From assembly GCF_006345805.1 (NCBI RefSeq), contig NW_021836804.1, forward strand, positions 1 to 41,706: 41,706 nucleotides of DNA, in the 5' to 3' direction. Shown here in pieces: positions 1 through 12,505 of the stretch; positions within the stretch are counted from its first letter, which is position 1, and each line of letters starts with the position of its first letter. The notes beneath the pieces were generated by a model, which ran no database searches, was not told where the DNA came from, and saw only the letters and a program-made list of their open reading frames with translations. Position numbers and translations under genes: made by a program. Source of the DNA: Octopus sinensis (taxonomy: Eukaryota).

Positions 1-97
1 TAACAGAAAGATTTTTTTCCAAGTAAAGCACGTGTGATATAGTCAAAATAGAGATAAAGTATTTTCTAAAAAACACGACGAAAATCAGGTAATAGAC

Positions 98-1765
98 CCA
101 TGTTTTGCATGTGGAGGTATATACGTGAGGAAAATTTGTCCATTTAAGAAAGCGGAATGCTTTCGTTGAGGAAATATATATTTCTTTATTACCCACAAGG
201 GGCCAAACACAGAGGGGCAAACAAGGACAGACAAAGGGACTAAGTCGATTATATCGACCCCCCCCCCCCAGTGCGTAGCTGGTACTTAATTTATCGACCC
301 CGAGAGGATGAAAGGCAAAGTCGACCTCAGCGGAATTTGAACTCAGAACGTAAAGACAGACGAAATACGGCTACGCATTTCGCCCGGCGTGTTAAGGTTT
401 CTGCCAGCTCGCCGCCTTATGTTGAGGAAATATAGGATATATAAAGACGCACTGCAGAACGAAGATGACAAAACGTCAGAAAAAAGGGAAAAAGAATAAA
501 CAGTATGTCATTGGAAGAAATTGGTAATATAACAATGAAGCCATTCGAGAAGGAGAAAATCAGAACTACAAGTGTTAGAATGTAGTTGGACACTGGTAGT
601 GATATCACCATTATAAACGAAACTTAGAAATATGTCGGTAAGCCAAAGTTAATTAAATCGAAAAAGGTAGATCATGGTGTTACGGGGAAAAATTATAGTT
701 TTTTGGTGAATTTGTATGTAATGTAATATTTCGAGGTCAAACAAAAAAGGTAAAGGTATAAGTATTAAAAGATTCACTTAATCTATTTGGTACAGAGTGG
801 GTGGAAGTATTCAAATTGTGGAATATGCCCATGAGTGTTTTGTGAGGAAATATAGTCAGTTCAGTCAGAAGTCCAAATGTGGTTGAAGGACCGAAGCAAA
901 AAATTGCAGTAAAACAGAATGGAACACCTATATGTAAGCCAAAACGAAATGAAATATTGCCCACTATAAAAAGTGAATCTTGGTCAGAAGTGGATGTTCC
1001 GTGATCAAGACTACACAACGACGTTGCTGGTCTTTTAAATAGTTCTTAATACTTAGTGGTAGTTGATAGTTATTCGAAATGGCCTGAAATTTGTAAGTGT
1101 TAAAAAACCAACCACCTCAACTGTGATAAATTTTTTACAAGAATTGTTTATAAGATTTGGTATCCCAGACAAGATAGTGTCTTACAATGGAATGCAATTT
1201 GTGTCAAACTAATTTTTGAAATTCTGTGAAACTTTCGCGGTAGAACATATAACAACGGCGCCATATCGCTTCAAAAGAACCCTAAGAAAATTGAACAAGG
1301 AAGTCGCGGATGAGGTAACTCTACAACAGTTTTTAAGAGTGTACCGTGTGACACCAAATCCGAATACACCAGCAGGTAGATTACCTGCGGAGCTGATGCT
1401 TGCGAGGAAAGTACAATTAGTCTTTGATAACTGGCTATCTAGCAGGGGAAAAGAAAAGTGCCAGGGAAAGCATAGCAAGATTCTTTGAAGTCGGTGAAAA
1501 GGTGTATATGAGGGCATACAAGAATGGGAAGCAGAGTTGGGAAGATAGCGTAATTATTAAATGCATAGGTAAAAATGATGTATTGGGTAAAAAGTAGAAA
1601 AGGTATACAAAAGACACACAGGAACCAACGGAAATAAGATTCGTGGAAAGTGAACCAAAGATGTTGAAGGAACCGATGGAAGGGTTGTACGATACTGTCC
1701 AAGTACCAACTCCGCTACAGGTGAGTGAACCCAGGCGTACAAGTGAGAGGACAAGAGAACATACA
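98..1765 (+). mobile_element. Degenerate Ty3/Gypsy LTR-retrotransposon internal region (gag Zn knuckles, protease, integrase; RT/RNaseH largely deleted)
   Basis: Manual translation: PCFACGG..CPFKKAECFR/GNIGYIKTHCR (knuckle region, interrupted by a SINE); LDTGSDITIINET aspartic protease motif at ~587-625; YLVVVDSYSKWPE and HITTAPY...FLRVYRVTPNPNTPAGRLPAELML integrase motifs (~1050-1400). Many stops and frameshifts. Confidence 0.85.
179..420 (-). mobile_element. tRNA-derived SINE (Deu/Nin-like central domain) inserted in Gypsy gag
   Basis: Flanked by a 14-bp direct repeat GTTGAGGAAATATA (165-178, 421-434). The minus strand has a tRNA-like head (TAAGGCGGCGAGCTGGCAGAA...GAGTTCAAATTCC) and GCCTTTCATCCTCTCGGGGTCGATAAATTAAGTACC, which resembles the Deu/Nin domain from memory. 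Confidence 0.85.
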
Positions 1766-1766
1766 G

Positions 1767-2066
1767 AGTGAGTGGATTTGGTAGACGGAAACTGAAAGAA
1801 GCCTGTCGTATATATGTATATATATATATATGTATGTGTATGTATATGTTTGTGTGTCTGTGTTTGTCCCTCTAGCATTGCTTGACAACCGATGCTGGTG
1901 TGTTTACGTCCCCGTCACTTAGCGGTTCGGCAAAAGAGACCGATAGAATAAGTACTGGGCTTACAAAGAATAAGTCCCGGGGTCGATTTGCTCGACTAAA
2001 GGCAGTGCTCCAGCATGGCCGCAGTCAGATGACTGAAACAAGTAAAAGAGTAAAAGAGTAAAGAGA
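1767..2066 (+). mobile_element. Major octopus-type tRNA SINE, 5'-truncated copy
   Basis: GTGAGTGGATTTGGTAGACGGAAACTGAAAGAAGCC, internal (TA/TG)n, and 3' CCAGCATGGCCGCAGTC..TGACTGAAACAAG(TAAAAGAG)n tail. The same sequence recurs more than 20 times in the window. Confidence 0.9.
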
Positions 2067-2587
2067 GCAAATCCATGATTCATGTTACCAGGCCTTACTC
2101 ACACGCGAATGCCACCTGATATTTAACATAAACATCTAAAACAATTAGCAAAACCACGATTCATGTTACCAGGCCTTACTCGCTCACGAGTGACGGCTAG
2201 CTGTCCTATCGCTGCATAGCTATTAGTTAAGATGTGCTTTCTAACGAATTGTTTATTCATAAACCGATGCATTATCTGCATAACTATGACATGTGTGTCA
2301 TACGAGGCTCGCTTAAACTAACACTAACAACTGTTAAGATCCTATTCTGAAACCAGAGCTATCATCATTATATCTACAAATGAACGTGATTCCCTGAGTA
2401 GCCCTGCATTTAAACTGAACCATCTTCGACTCTTAAGCGACACATTCTTCTATTAGAATTTAAATTCCCCTGATGACTTGAGCAAACAGAATTTTCTTTG
2501 GCCATCTTTGAAACATTGCACATTCTATCGAACATGACAAATGACTGCTTCTTCTCGGGAGCCATTCGGTAACCTTTAGGGACTGAC

Positions 2588-2620
2588 CAAATTTCGCCTG
2601 AATATTGCTGAGGTCAACAT
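2588..2620 (-). CDS. Candidate first coding exon of a divergent gene (MLTSAIFRRNL)
   Basis: ATG at 2620, 11 open codons, then TTG|GTCAGT donor. It lies 184 bp from the opposite-strand ATG at 2804. No downstream exon was identified and the Kozak context is weak. Confidence 0.25.
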
Positions 2621-2800
2621 TGAGACAAGTGTTGTTAGGGAGGGGTTATTTAAAGGTGACCGGAACACAGTTTGTGTGCGTGTCTGTGTGTGTGTTCGTG
2701 TGTGTGTGTGTGTGTGTACGCGCGTGCAATGGTGGTGGTGGTGGTGGTGGTGGTAGTCAAAAATGGTGGTGAGAGCGCGAAGGGCTTTCGAAGTAACTCA

Positions 2801-2812
2801 AATATGGCGGCG
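2801..2812 (+). promoter_or_regulatory. YY1-like AANATGGCGGC motif in CpG-rich patch; candidate housekeeping TSS region
   Basis: AATATGGCGGCG matches the YY1 consensus typical of TSS-proximal DNA. The surrounding sequence is locally CpG-rich and non-repetitive. Confidence 0.4.
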
Positions 2813-2826
2813 GCGTTTTCGTTTTC
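2804..2826 (+). CDS. Candidate distal first exon (MAAAFSF|S), phase 2
   Basis: AATATGG strong Kozak context and TC|GTGAGA donor. Joins in frame to the 4170-4280 exon. Confidence 0.35.
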
Positions 2827-2931
2827 GTGAGAGTATTAATGAGAAAGAAAGGTTAATTGTTTGATTGATTGCAGATGGTTTTAAGTGTCGCTGTGTGAAT
2901 ATGGCTATGTGTTCCTCTGTATGTGTGTGTA

Positions 2932-2962
<31 letters not shown>

Positions 2963-3346
2963 TTGTGTGCGCATGTGTATTATATGTAAGTGATGCAACT
3001 GTGCGCCACAGTCGTATCTACCAAACGGTGTTTGTGAGATATGAGTGTGTTGTATGTCCTGGCGTGTGTGAGTGTGCGTGTGCGTGTGTGTGCGTGTGCG
3101 TGTGTTTGTTTGTGTGAGTGCGTGTATGTATATATATATATATATATATATATACATACATACACGCACATACATATTTATATATGTATGTATGCATATA
3201 TATATATGTATATATATATGTATATATCTATCTATATAATATACACTAATTTAAACACCATACATACAAATACACAGGCACGCCGCACACACACACACAC
3301 ACAAACATATATTCTATATATAAGTTTGGAGTTATACTCCCTTAAT

Positions 3347-3394
<48 letters not shown>

Positions 3395-3573
3395 GATAAA
3401 CACAAAGAGAATTTATACAGCCTACGCAGTGGGACTGAACCCGGAACCATGTGGTTCGTTCCGTGTTGAGTCAGACTACGTGGAACATTGAGTAAATGTT
3501 ACCTAATATAGCAGTAGCCCAGGTCTGCATATATATATACTTATATACATACGTACATATATACATACATACA

Positions 3574-3807
3574 CAAAGAGGATATCTATGGACAACTGCT
3601 TCGAAGCCTCCAGCTTCTATATCCAGACTATGAATTCATATTAATACCAATAATAATTGAAGCACTAGGTTTTGTTAGTAAATGCTTAAAGGAGAATCCG
3701 GATAAACTGGGATTTTCAGAAAGAGAAACTGACCGGCTAATTCGTACATTACAAGTGCAATGTGTGAGTGGAACAGTAAAAATATGCAAGACTTTTCTCA
3801 AAAATAG
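3574..3807 (+). mobile_element. R4/Dong-like non-LTR retrotransposon 3' fragment (RLE endonuclease C-terminus)
   Basis: Translates to [65 protein letters not shown], resembling the IPIVIGALG..LG..LQ..GT C-terminus of the R4 clade. Confidence 0.7.
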
Positions 3808-3826
3808 AAGAGACATACATACATGC

Positions 3827-3892
<66 letters not shown>

Positions 3893-3924
3893 CGATAGAT
3901 AGATAGATAGATAGATAGATAGAC

Positions 3925-4015
<91 letters not shown>

Positions 4016-4016
4016 C

Positions 4017-4085
<69 letters not shown>
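3827..4085. repeat. (GATA)n microsatellite
   Basis: Direct reading; source of the YLSI-repeat pseudo-ORFs. Confidence 0.98.
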
Positions 4086-4169
4086 TAAAATAAACAAAAG
4101 GAAGCATGATGCACTTATATCTTTTTAAAGTTCAAACTATTTACTAATTCATCTGGCATCCTGTTCCAG

Positions 4170-4280
4170 CGAAGAACAAATGTTCGGTTCAAACAAGTTA
4201 ATCCATAAAAAGATTGAAACGTTAAAATTTCTGAAGAATTTTTTGTGTCCAGACAGGTGTGGCAAGCGGCGTTTAGCAAA
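4170..4280 (+). CDS. Candidate internal exon (EEQMFGSNKLIHKKIETLKFLKNFLCPDRCGKRRLA|K), phase 2 to phase 2
   Basis: Branch-like CTAAT at 4144, CTGTTCCAG| acceptor and AA|GTGAGT donor. One frame is open throughout and the stop falls immediately after the donor. No family recognised. Confidence 0.45.
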
Positions 4281-4372
4281 GTGAGTTCGAAGTGCTGTTA
4301 CAGCCGTCACCTTCAATCTGGAATAACACAAGTCGGCAGGTCAGCTTATTTGATGTATAGTGATGATATGCT

Positions 4373-4678
4373 GTGGAGGCACATGGCCTAGTGGTTAGAG
4401 CAGCGGACTCGCGATCGAGGGATCGCGGGTTCGAATCTCAGACCGGGCGATGTGTGTGTTTATGAGCAAAACACCTAAGCTCCAAGCGACTCCGGCAGAA
4501 GGTAATGGCGAACTTCTGCTGACTCTTTCGCCACAACTTTCTCTCACTCTTTCCTCCTGCATCTTGCAGCTCACCTGCGACGGACCGGCATCCCGTCCAT
4601 GTGGGGAACCTATACGCCAACGAAACTGGGAAACCGGCCCTTATGAGCCATGCATGGCTTGAGAAGGAACGAACAGCA
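4373..4678 (+). mobile_element. Full-length tRNA-derived SINE (Arg-like head) with 10-bp TSD
   Basis: A box TGGCCTAGTGG and B box GGTTCGAATC. TSD ATGATATGCT at 4363-4372 and 4679-4688. Internal CCTGCGACGGACCGGCATCCCGTCC resembles the V-SINE-type domain. Confidence 0.85.
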
Positions 4679-4821
4679 ATGATATGCTAAAATTATAATA
4701 ATCTAGGACATTTATAATTGCCTCACCAAGAAATGTCTCAAAACTTCTAGAATGCACCTCGTCTATAAATTTTTCGGGGAAAAAACGAGAAATAAATTAA
4801 TGAAATGCTTGGGAAATTTAT

Positions 4822-5038
4822 CCTGTGTGTGTATGTATGTGTGTGCGTGCGTGCGTGCGAAGTTGTGTGTGTCTGTGTGTCTGTGTTTGTGTGTGTATGT
4901 GTGTGCGTGCGTGTGTGTGTGACTGTGCGTCTATGTGTCTCTGTGTGTGCGTGCGTGCATGAGTGTGTGGTGTGTGTGCGTGTGTGCGTGTGTGTGTCTG
5001 TGTGTCTATGTGTCAGTGTGTGTGCATGTGTGTGTGAG

Positions 5039-5071
<33 letters not shown>

Positions 5072-5110
5072 GTGTGTGTGTGTGTGTGTTTGTGTGTGTG
5101 TCTGTGTGTG
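4822..5110. repeat. (TG)n compound microsatellite
   Basis: Direct reading. Confidence 0.95.
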
Positions 5111-5243
5111 TTGAAAATACGTAATTTACAGAGTCAACCGAATTTGTATGTGTCATGTTTTACACAAGATTCTTTTGGCAAAAAAACAACCGAGATAAAG
5201 GCCGAATTAAACACACACAAACACACAAACAAAAAAACAACAC

Positions 5244-5300
<57 letters not shown>

Positions 5301-5519
5301 TATATGTATATAACCACAGACACAAGTGGAGTGGTTTTGGTTATTTCGGCAACAAGTGAGACGAGATCAGTTGGACGATTCGGTGGAGTTGAACAAAAGT
5401 CCGTCTGGGAACCTAAAATTTATTTCTTAAAGGTTAGCTATTTCGTGACAGCTCAGCTGTAATTGTGAAAATCACCGATAGACATGCGTAGGTGTGGGAT
5501 GCGCACGCGCGTGCGTATG

Positions 5520-5629
5520 TCTGTGCGTGTGTGTGTGTCTACACGTATATATATATATATATACATTTATCCATGTATATTATATATGATATATTTATGC
5601 ATCTTTATACATATATATGTATATATATG

Positions 5630-5669
<40 letters not shown>

Positions 5670-5689
5670 GTGAATGTAGATTTTGGATA

Positions 5690-5725
<36 letters not shown>

Positions 5726-5864
5726 CATAGGTACACACAGATATCGATATATATATTATGAAAATATGCACGTACATTCATAAATACATTCCATAAATAT
5801 TTACACAATTTTTCATATCTATGCACTAGGATATATGTGTGTATACATATATATATATATATTA

Positions 5865-5897
<33 letters not shown>

Positions 5898-5961
5898 TAA
5901 ATATATATACAGATATTATAAATATATATAAGTATGATATATATATATATTTATATATATA

Positions 5962-6005
<44 letters not shown>

Positions 6006-6057
6006 GGTATGTATAATATATGTAATATATATGTATGATATATATAATATATATTAT

Positions 6058-6094
<37 letters not shown>

Positions 6095-6151
6095 GTATAT
6101 ATATATGTATATATATATGTATATATATATGTATATATATTACATCTATAT

Positions 6152-6185
<34 letters not shown>
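5520..6185. repeat. (TA)n/(TG)n/(GA)n compound microsatellite field
   Basis: Direct reading. Confidence 0.95.
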
Positions 6186-6719
6186 TAACAAAGAGAGAAA
6201 GGAAAAGAGGAAGAAAGGTTGGTGCTTTGACTGGCAGAGAGAGGGAGAGAGATGCTTTACGTGGGCGAGTGGACGTTACGAGCATTGAAGGATGACTATG
6301 AGTACGCATGCGCGGCGTATGTGCGCGTTTTGTCTCTGTGTATGTGTGTGTGTGCGTGTGTGAGGTGGTCTGCAAGATGTCTTCTTTCTGCAGCGAAGCA
6401 AAATTTGCAGTATACAAGTAATAAATTGACTTAGTTGATGTTTGTTTTAGCTCAGAACCAGCTGCAGGGAATTCCTTGTATTTCTGGTTAAAATGAATTA
6501 ATTTTCTATGCATGAAATCATTGGCTGTCGGAGAAGTGAAGCAGAAGCAGATCTGCAATGAATCCGTTCGACGTGCTAGAAATGACAACCAACTCTCTCG
6601 TAAATTACAACCAGTCTTTTTTTTATATGATGGACTCTCCTGTCGTGAGCGACAGATGAGGGATTTGCAATTTTTTGGCTGAACAACCCGCATGGAGAAT
6701 TTGTTTATAATGATCAAAT

Positions 6720-6827
6720 GTTACATTCTTTTCTACTCTAGGCACAAGGCCCGAAATTTTAGGGGAGAGGCTCAGTCGATTAGATCGTCCGCAGTACGCA
6801 ACTGGTACTTAATTTATCGATCCCGTT
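6720..6827 (-). mobile_element. 3' fragment of Deu/Nin-type SINE
   Basis: Contains CTGGTACTTAATTTATCGA shared with the 179-420 element, but a different tail. Confidence 0.65.
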
Positions 6828-7699
6828 GAGGACAAATATCCGTCGAATGTAAATAATGTAAATAATGTACATAATTCCTCATCTCTTAAATATTGAAATG
6901 AGGGAAAATAGATTTCGCGTTTTATAAACCTATTTTTTTTATTATAATGTTATACTATATACAAGTCCTGTTGTGAGCCTCGTTTATCACTGATTTATTT
7001 GTCTCTAATCTCGTACAACACGGTACGCTCAATTGTCAACCATGTTATGCTACTTACGGATTGATCTGTGATAACACGGATCCGCGATCAGTAGAAGATT
7101 CTGTCTGTTTCTTATCGGCTCTCCACAGATGTTCTCCTTTTCCCGATTTTTTGTAGAGACACATCACCGATCTCTACAGCAAAAATGTATGACAATCCAT
7201 CCTTTGCAACAATGTCTGTTCGGTTGTGCTTATTCCGAAGTTGCTCTTTTTATTAGAACCTTGCATCACCATTCTTTATTTTTAAAAGATGTAAATACTT
7301 TCCGATCCTGGCTTACCTGTAGTCTAGTCGCCAGGATAAAACTTAGACGATTTTAACGATATCATGTCATGACTCAAGGTCGTATGATGCGGACATTTTT
7401 GGACCGATGCATCCATACTCTTGGATGTTCTGCCAATGGAATAAAAAAGCTGAATTTTAACCTAAACCAAACGTTCATTTTATGAAATTTCAATATCAAA
7501 AGGATAGCTGTGCGTATATGCATGTATAATTACAAATATTTAGAGTTAGTGCATATAGGGAACAGTGTTTTTTCCTTGTGTGTATACTCCTGCATGTGTG
7601 TGTGTGTGTTCAATTTTTAATTATTTGAAATCTGGTAAGAAAGGAGCTGGTTTCTAGCAAAGAAGCAAAACTCCGTCATTTGAATTGATGAGGCTTAGC

Positions 7700-8010
7700 T
7701 TGATCATTGATGATGACAGAAACAATGTTTTAAACTTGAGAAAAGTCTTGCACATCATTACTGTTCCGCTTACATATTGTATTTCTAATGTGCGAGCTAA
7801 CTGGTTGATTTATTTTCCTGGAAATCCTAGCTTTTCCAGATTATCACGACGGCAATTACTCACAAGAATGAGTGCTCAGTTTATTTATGGTGGACATTTC
7901 GAAACAGCTCTCCATAATTATCCTCTTACTCTGTAATTTTTCGAAAGAGATGTTCTCCCCAGCAGGACAGATGAGCTCTATGATGATCTTTTTCTTGTCT
8001 GTCCTGTTAC
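7700..8010 (-). mobile_element. Second R4/Dong-like 3' fragment including RLE motif
   Basis: Minus strand gives RTDKKKIIIELICPAGENISFEK and DNLEKLGFP..LEIQYVSGTVMMCKTFLK, homologous by eye to 3574-3807. Confidence 0.7.
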
Positions 8011-8584
8011 GTATGCAGCTGTCTGTCTATGCTGCTCACACGTGACCAGCAGCCATCTTTCTTCTCCTAACTCGTTCAGCTCCAGGGATAGAACGCATTT
8101 TTGTTTGTCTCCTGTCAAAGCTTGTTTCTCCAGCGTTCACCACATCACCTCGTTATGACTTAACAGCCCTTACCGTTTCTTTTCACTGTCCTGTTTTTAT
8201 TACCAACTTTGACTCTCTGCAAATCCCAAATTTTATTTAATTTGCTTTGCGGGAGCTACTGTTTTGACGAAGACGCATCTTGTCCTAATGCTCGAAATGT
8301 GGAGTAGATAAAACAGAGGACAACTGATGAAGGGATTGTTCTTTATATTTCCTGTCTTGTTTTTCTATTTGTTGCTTTTCTTGTTCGGAAAAAGTTTTCC
8401 ATGTTGTTCACGTTTTTTTTTTTACGTCCTGTACGTATATATGCATGTGTACGTAAATATGTATGTATATATGCATGTATATATATATGTATGTATATTA
8501 TCTATATTATTGTATGTACGTATATATGTATGTACATAGGTAGGTAGGTAGGTAGGTAGGTAGGTAGGTAGACAGGTATGTATT

Positions 8585-8735
8585 CTTTATTTATTTCAGT
8601 CATTTGACTGCAACCATGATAGAGCATCGCCTTTAGCCGAACAACTCGACCCCAGGACTTATTATAACACCAGCATCGGTTGCCGAGCGATGGTGGGGGG
8701 GACAAACACAGAGACACAAGCATATATTCACACAT

Positions 8736-8770
<35 letters not shown>

Positions 8771-8885
8771 CGACGGGCTTCTTTCAGTTTCCTTCTACCA
8801 ATTCCACTCACAAGGCTATAGTAGAAAACATTTGCCCGTGGTGCCACGCAGTGGCACTGAACCCGGAACCGCACAGCCATGCCTG
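8585..8885 (-). mobile_element. Major SINE copy, internally deleted
   Basis: Same family as 1767-2066, reverse orientation. Confidence 0.85.
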
Positions 8886-9132
8886 TACGTAGGATTATAT
8901 TTAATTATATTTAATAAACAAAATTTGAAGGGAGGCCTCTTACGAAATAGAAGCTACAAACACTGAAGACCTCTTGCTGAAGGCCAGAACAAAACAAACA
9001 GTGTTTTCGTGAAAGAAATATGTTATCAATCCCATAATATACAAGAAATCCGATTAAAATCATTCTATACACATACAAAACACACACATACACATAAATA
9101 CATACATAAACATATACAAATGTATAAGAAAG

Positions 9133-9163
<31 letters not shown>

Positions 9164-9804
9164 CATGTATATATATATATGTATAATATATATATATATA
9201 CATACATATATACACATGTACATATATATATATATGTGTATATAAATATGTGGTTGTATATATTTGTTTGTATGTATGTGCGTTCGAGTGTCTGTGTGCG
9301 AGCGTATGTCTACGTGCGTGTGTATGTGTGTTTGTAAAACATAGGTACACCTACCAAACTGCTTTACAATCTTGTCTATTAGTAAAGTCTTCAATACAAT
9401 TGGCTGACCCCCCCCCCACCGCCCCCTATTCAATCATTCAATCACATCCATTTAGTTCTATTGAAATAACTAACGAAATTAGATTGTTTCGGCCGTGTCA
9501 ACATTGCTATGATTTCGAAGGTCACGTTGCGCTTGAAACTTAGCTAAAATTGCATTAACATCCACTCGTGTCAACGGTTTTGAAAAGACACTAAACAGGC
9601 GACATGTTTGCTCTAACACTCCTTTGTATTCGCTAAACTCCAAATTCGCATTTCGACCACAGCTCACCCTACTGCATCATACCTACCGTACTGCGCTTAA
9701 CACCTCCCGAATTAGATTAAAAGCCAATGCTTAGAAAAGATGTTAGACTCTATGTTCTCTCGTTTGGTTACGCTTTTTTGTTTGTCGTGCACGTTTCGCC
9801 CTTT

Positions 9805-10085
<281 letters not shown>

Positions 10086-10244
10086 AATCTAGGCACATCA
10101 ACATAGAGGACACCAGAAATGGCTAGGTACAATATCATAGGAGTCACTGTGAGGTAAAACAATCATGGAGGTATCGTGTTTTAGTAAGATACTGTAGGTA
10201 TGTAAGTACCAAATCCAACTTAGGGTTGGTTCTAAGTATTTTTT

Positions 10245-10640
10245 TACTTGTTTCAGTAATTTGACTGCGGCCATGCTAGAGCACCGCATTTAGTCGAACA
10301 AATCAACCCCAGGACTTATTCTTTGTAAGCCTAGTACTTATTATATCGGACTCTTTTGCCGAACCGCTAGGTAAACGCACCAACATCGGCTGTCAAGCGA
10401 TGGTGGGGGACAAATACATACACAAAAATACATACATGCATCCATACATATATATATACATACATGTATATATATATGTGTGTGTGTATACGACGGGCTT
10501 CTTACAGTTTCCTTCTACCAAATCCACTCTCAAGGCTTTGGTCGGTCCCAGACTATAGTAGAAGACACTTGCCCAAGGTGCCAAACAATGGGACTGAACC
10601 AGAACAATGTAGTTGGGAAGTAAGCTTCTTATCAAACGGC
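10245..10640 (-). mobile_element. Major SINE copy
   Basis: Family match, reverse orientation. Confidence 0.85.
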
Positions 10641-10689
10641 CACTCTTGCTCCTATAAATTTGTAAATTTTAAATTCCATTTCTATTCTA

Positions 10690-10837
<148 letters not shown>

Positions 10838-11889
10838 TATATATTATTATTATTATTATTATTTTTGTAATTTACTTAATCTTTACTTTTTATTGTTATT
10901 TTAATTTTAACTTTTCTATTATATGTAATTTTCTAGATGGTGTAATTTAATTATTCATTTTGGATTGATAACAGGTGTTTTTTTTTTAATATATATATAG
11001 TACTAGGGTTGGTTCTAAGTATTTTTTTACTTGTTTCAGTAATTTGACTGCGGCCATGCTAGAGCACCGCATTTAGTCGAACAAATCAACCCCAGATAAG
11101 TATAGAGAAAATTACATCATAACGCCCATGCCTTAAAACGATATGACAAAGATTGGGTAGAAGCTACAAGTGCCTATATCGCCTCCGTAATACATTAATG
11201 CTTGACCGTTGTACCATGACCCCCAGCTCAGCCGATAAGATTATAACCCTGCTCTTTCAGTTATCGTTAAGAGGACGTGTTCCATTGGGTGATGTGCAAA
11301 CACTGCCGGAAGTTATTGTTGACAAACAACAGCAGTAATTTTATTCAGCTGGATACACGTCATTGATTGGTTGAAATTACCGAAATACTACAACTTTAAC
11401 TTGAAATAACTTCCTAAATATAAGCTTTTCTCAAAAACGCTAAGAGTAAAAGATGTTTTATATGACACATTCTACCAGTGTCCGAAGTTTGAAAGTGTTT
11501 AGTTACAAAAAATTATTTTTTAAATCAGTCGGCCAAAAGCTAAAGATCCGACAATCGCTTACAAATTCTTTCCAGTTTGGCAATTTGATCGGTGAAAGTC
11601 CTACGTTGACGTTCTACAAAGAATTAGACATCGCAGTGAAATATTTGGTATCGATGCGAATTGATTGATTCTCAATCGGCAACGAGTCTGCTCCGATGAA
11701 CTTTCAGTCCGAAACCTGTGCACGATTCTCAGAAGCCTAACCTGACAGAGGTACCGGGGGATGTTGCCAGTCCGAGACAACCTCGACAGGCAAAGAAGTG
11801 CTGTTTATCGGGACTGTTCAAGATGTGTCCAGAACAACGAAACCACGAAACGGTTTTGCCTATATTTTCAGCGTCTGTGCATTACTGAC

Positions 11890-12505
11890 TCGTGATGTTT
11901 TGTCAAACAGCTGCTATCATTGCGCGTCAAAGGGATTCGGTTGCTTGGTAATTCCATGTTAAGGATCACTTGCCACCTTTCTTTGGCCGGGAAGGGTAGG
12001 CAGTTTTATGTATCTGATGGCTATAACAAAAGAAGCTGTGTGGATGAAGAGATTAAAAAGACTGGAGAAAGAGATTTTCTCCTCCGGCCCAGGCCTCATC
12101 GACTTTTTAAGTCCCACTTACAAATGAATGTTGGTAAGAGTAGAGTAGAAGGATATGCTCCCTTATAAATTTCTTGAAAGAAGGGCGAGAGTAACGAATA
12201 TTAATGAAAAAAGCCTTCTTTGAACATGCCTCTGAAGACATACGTGACAGCTGTAATACAGCACTTGCCCTCAGGGTCGGGATAAACCAGGTTTTATGGG
12301 GAACTTTCTACGGATAGCATTCGGTAATTTTTCACCCTTTTGGGGAATCCTCTTTCTTGGAATTTCTTTCGTGATTTCTCTTGTTTTCTCCTCGTTTCCC
12401 TTTCGGCATGTCTTATATAAAATCCCTTCCATACTTTTTTATCTCGTCCTTTGTACTGTCCTTCTCTCTTTAAACCCTTGTGGCCAATAGTGAAATTATT
12501 ATTAT

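Noticed and set aside
2466-2515. CTGATGA...GAAAC hammerhead-like spacing
   Set aside because: No convincing stems I-III could be drawn.
4373-4450. tRNA gene (also at 39019, 39557, 16722)
   Set aside because: A and B boxes are present, but there is no closed acceptor stem, and SINE bodies and TSDs follow.
5315-9710. Putative micro-exons on both strands (5315-5355, 6471-6506, 7157-7186, minus 7317-7429, minus ~8945-8977, minus ~9680-9725)
   Set aside because: Splice-like signals are common in AT-rich DNA. Concatenation gives stops or unrecognisable peptides, so they cannot be supported without RNA data.
11700-11870. Cys-rich piggyBac-like C-terminal remnant
   Set aside because: The similarity needs frameshifts and rests on a few cysteines; no TTAA-bounded TIR was found.
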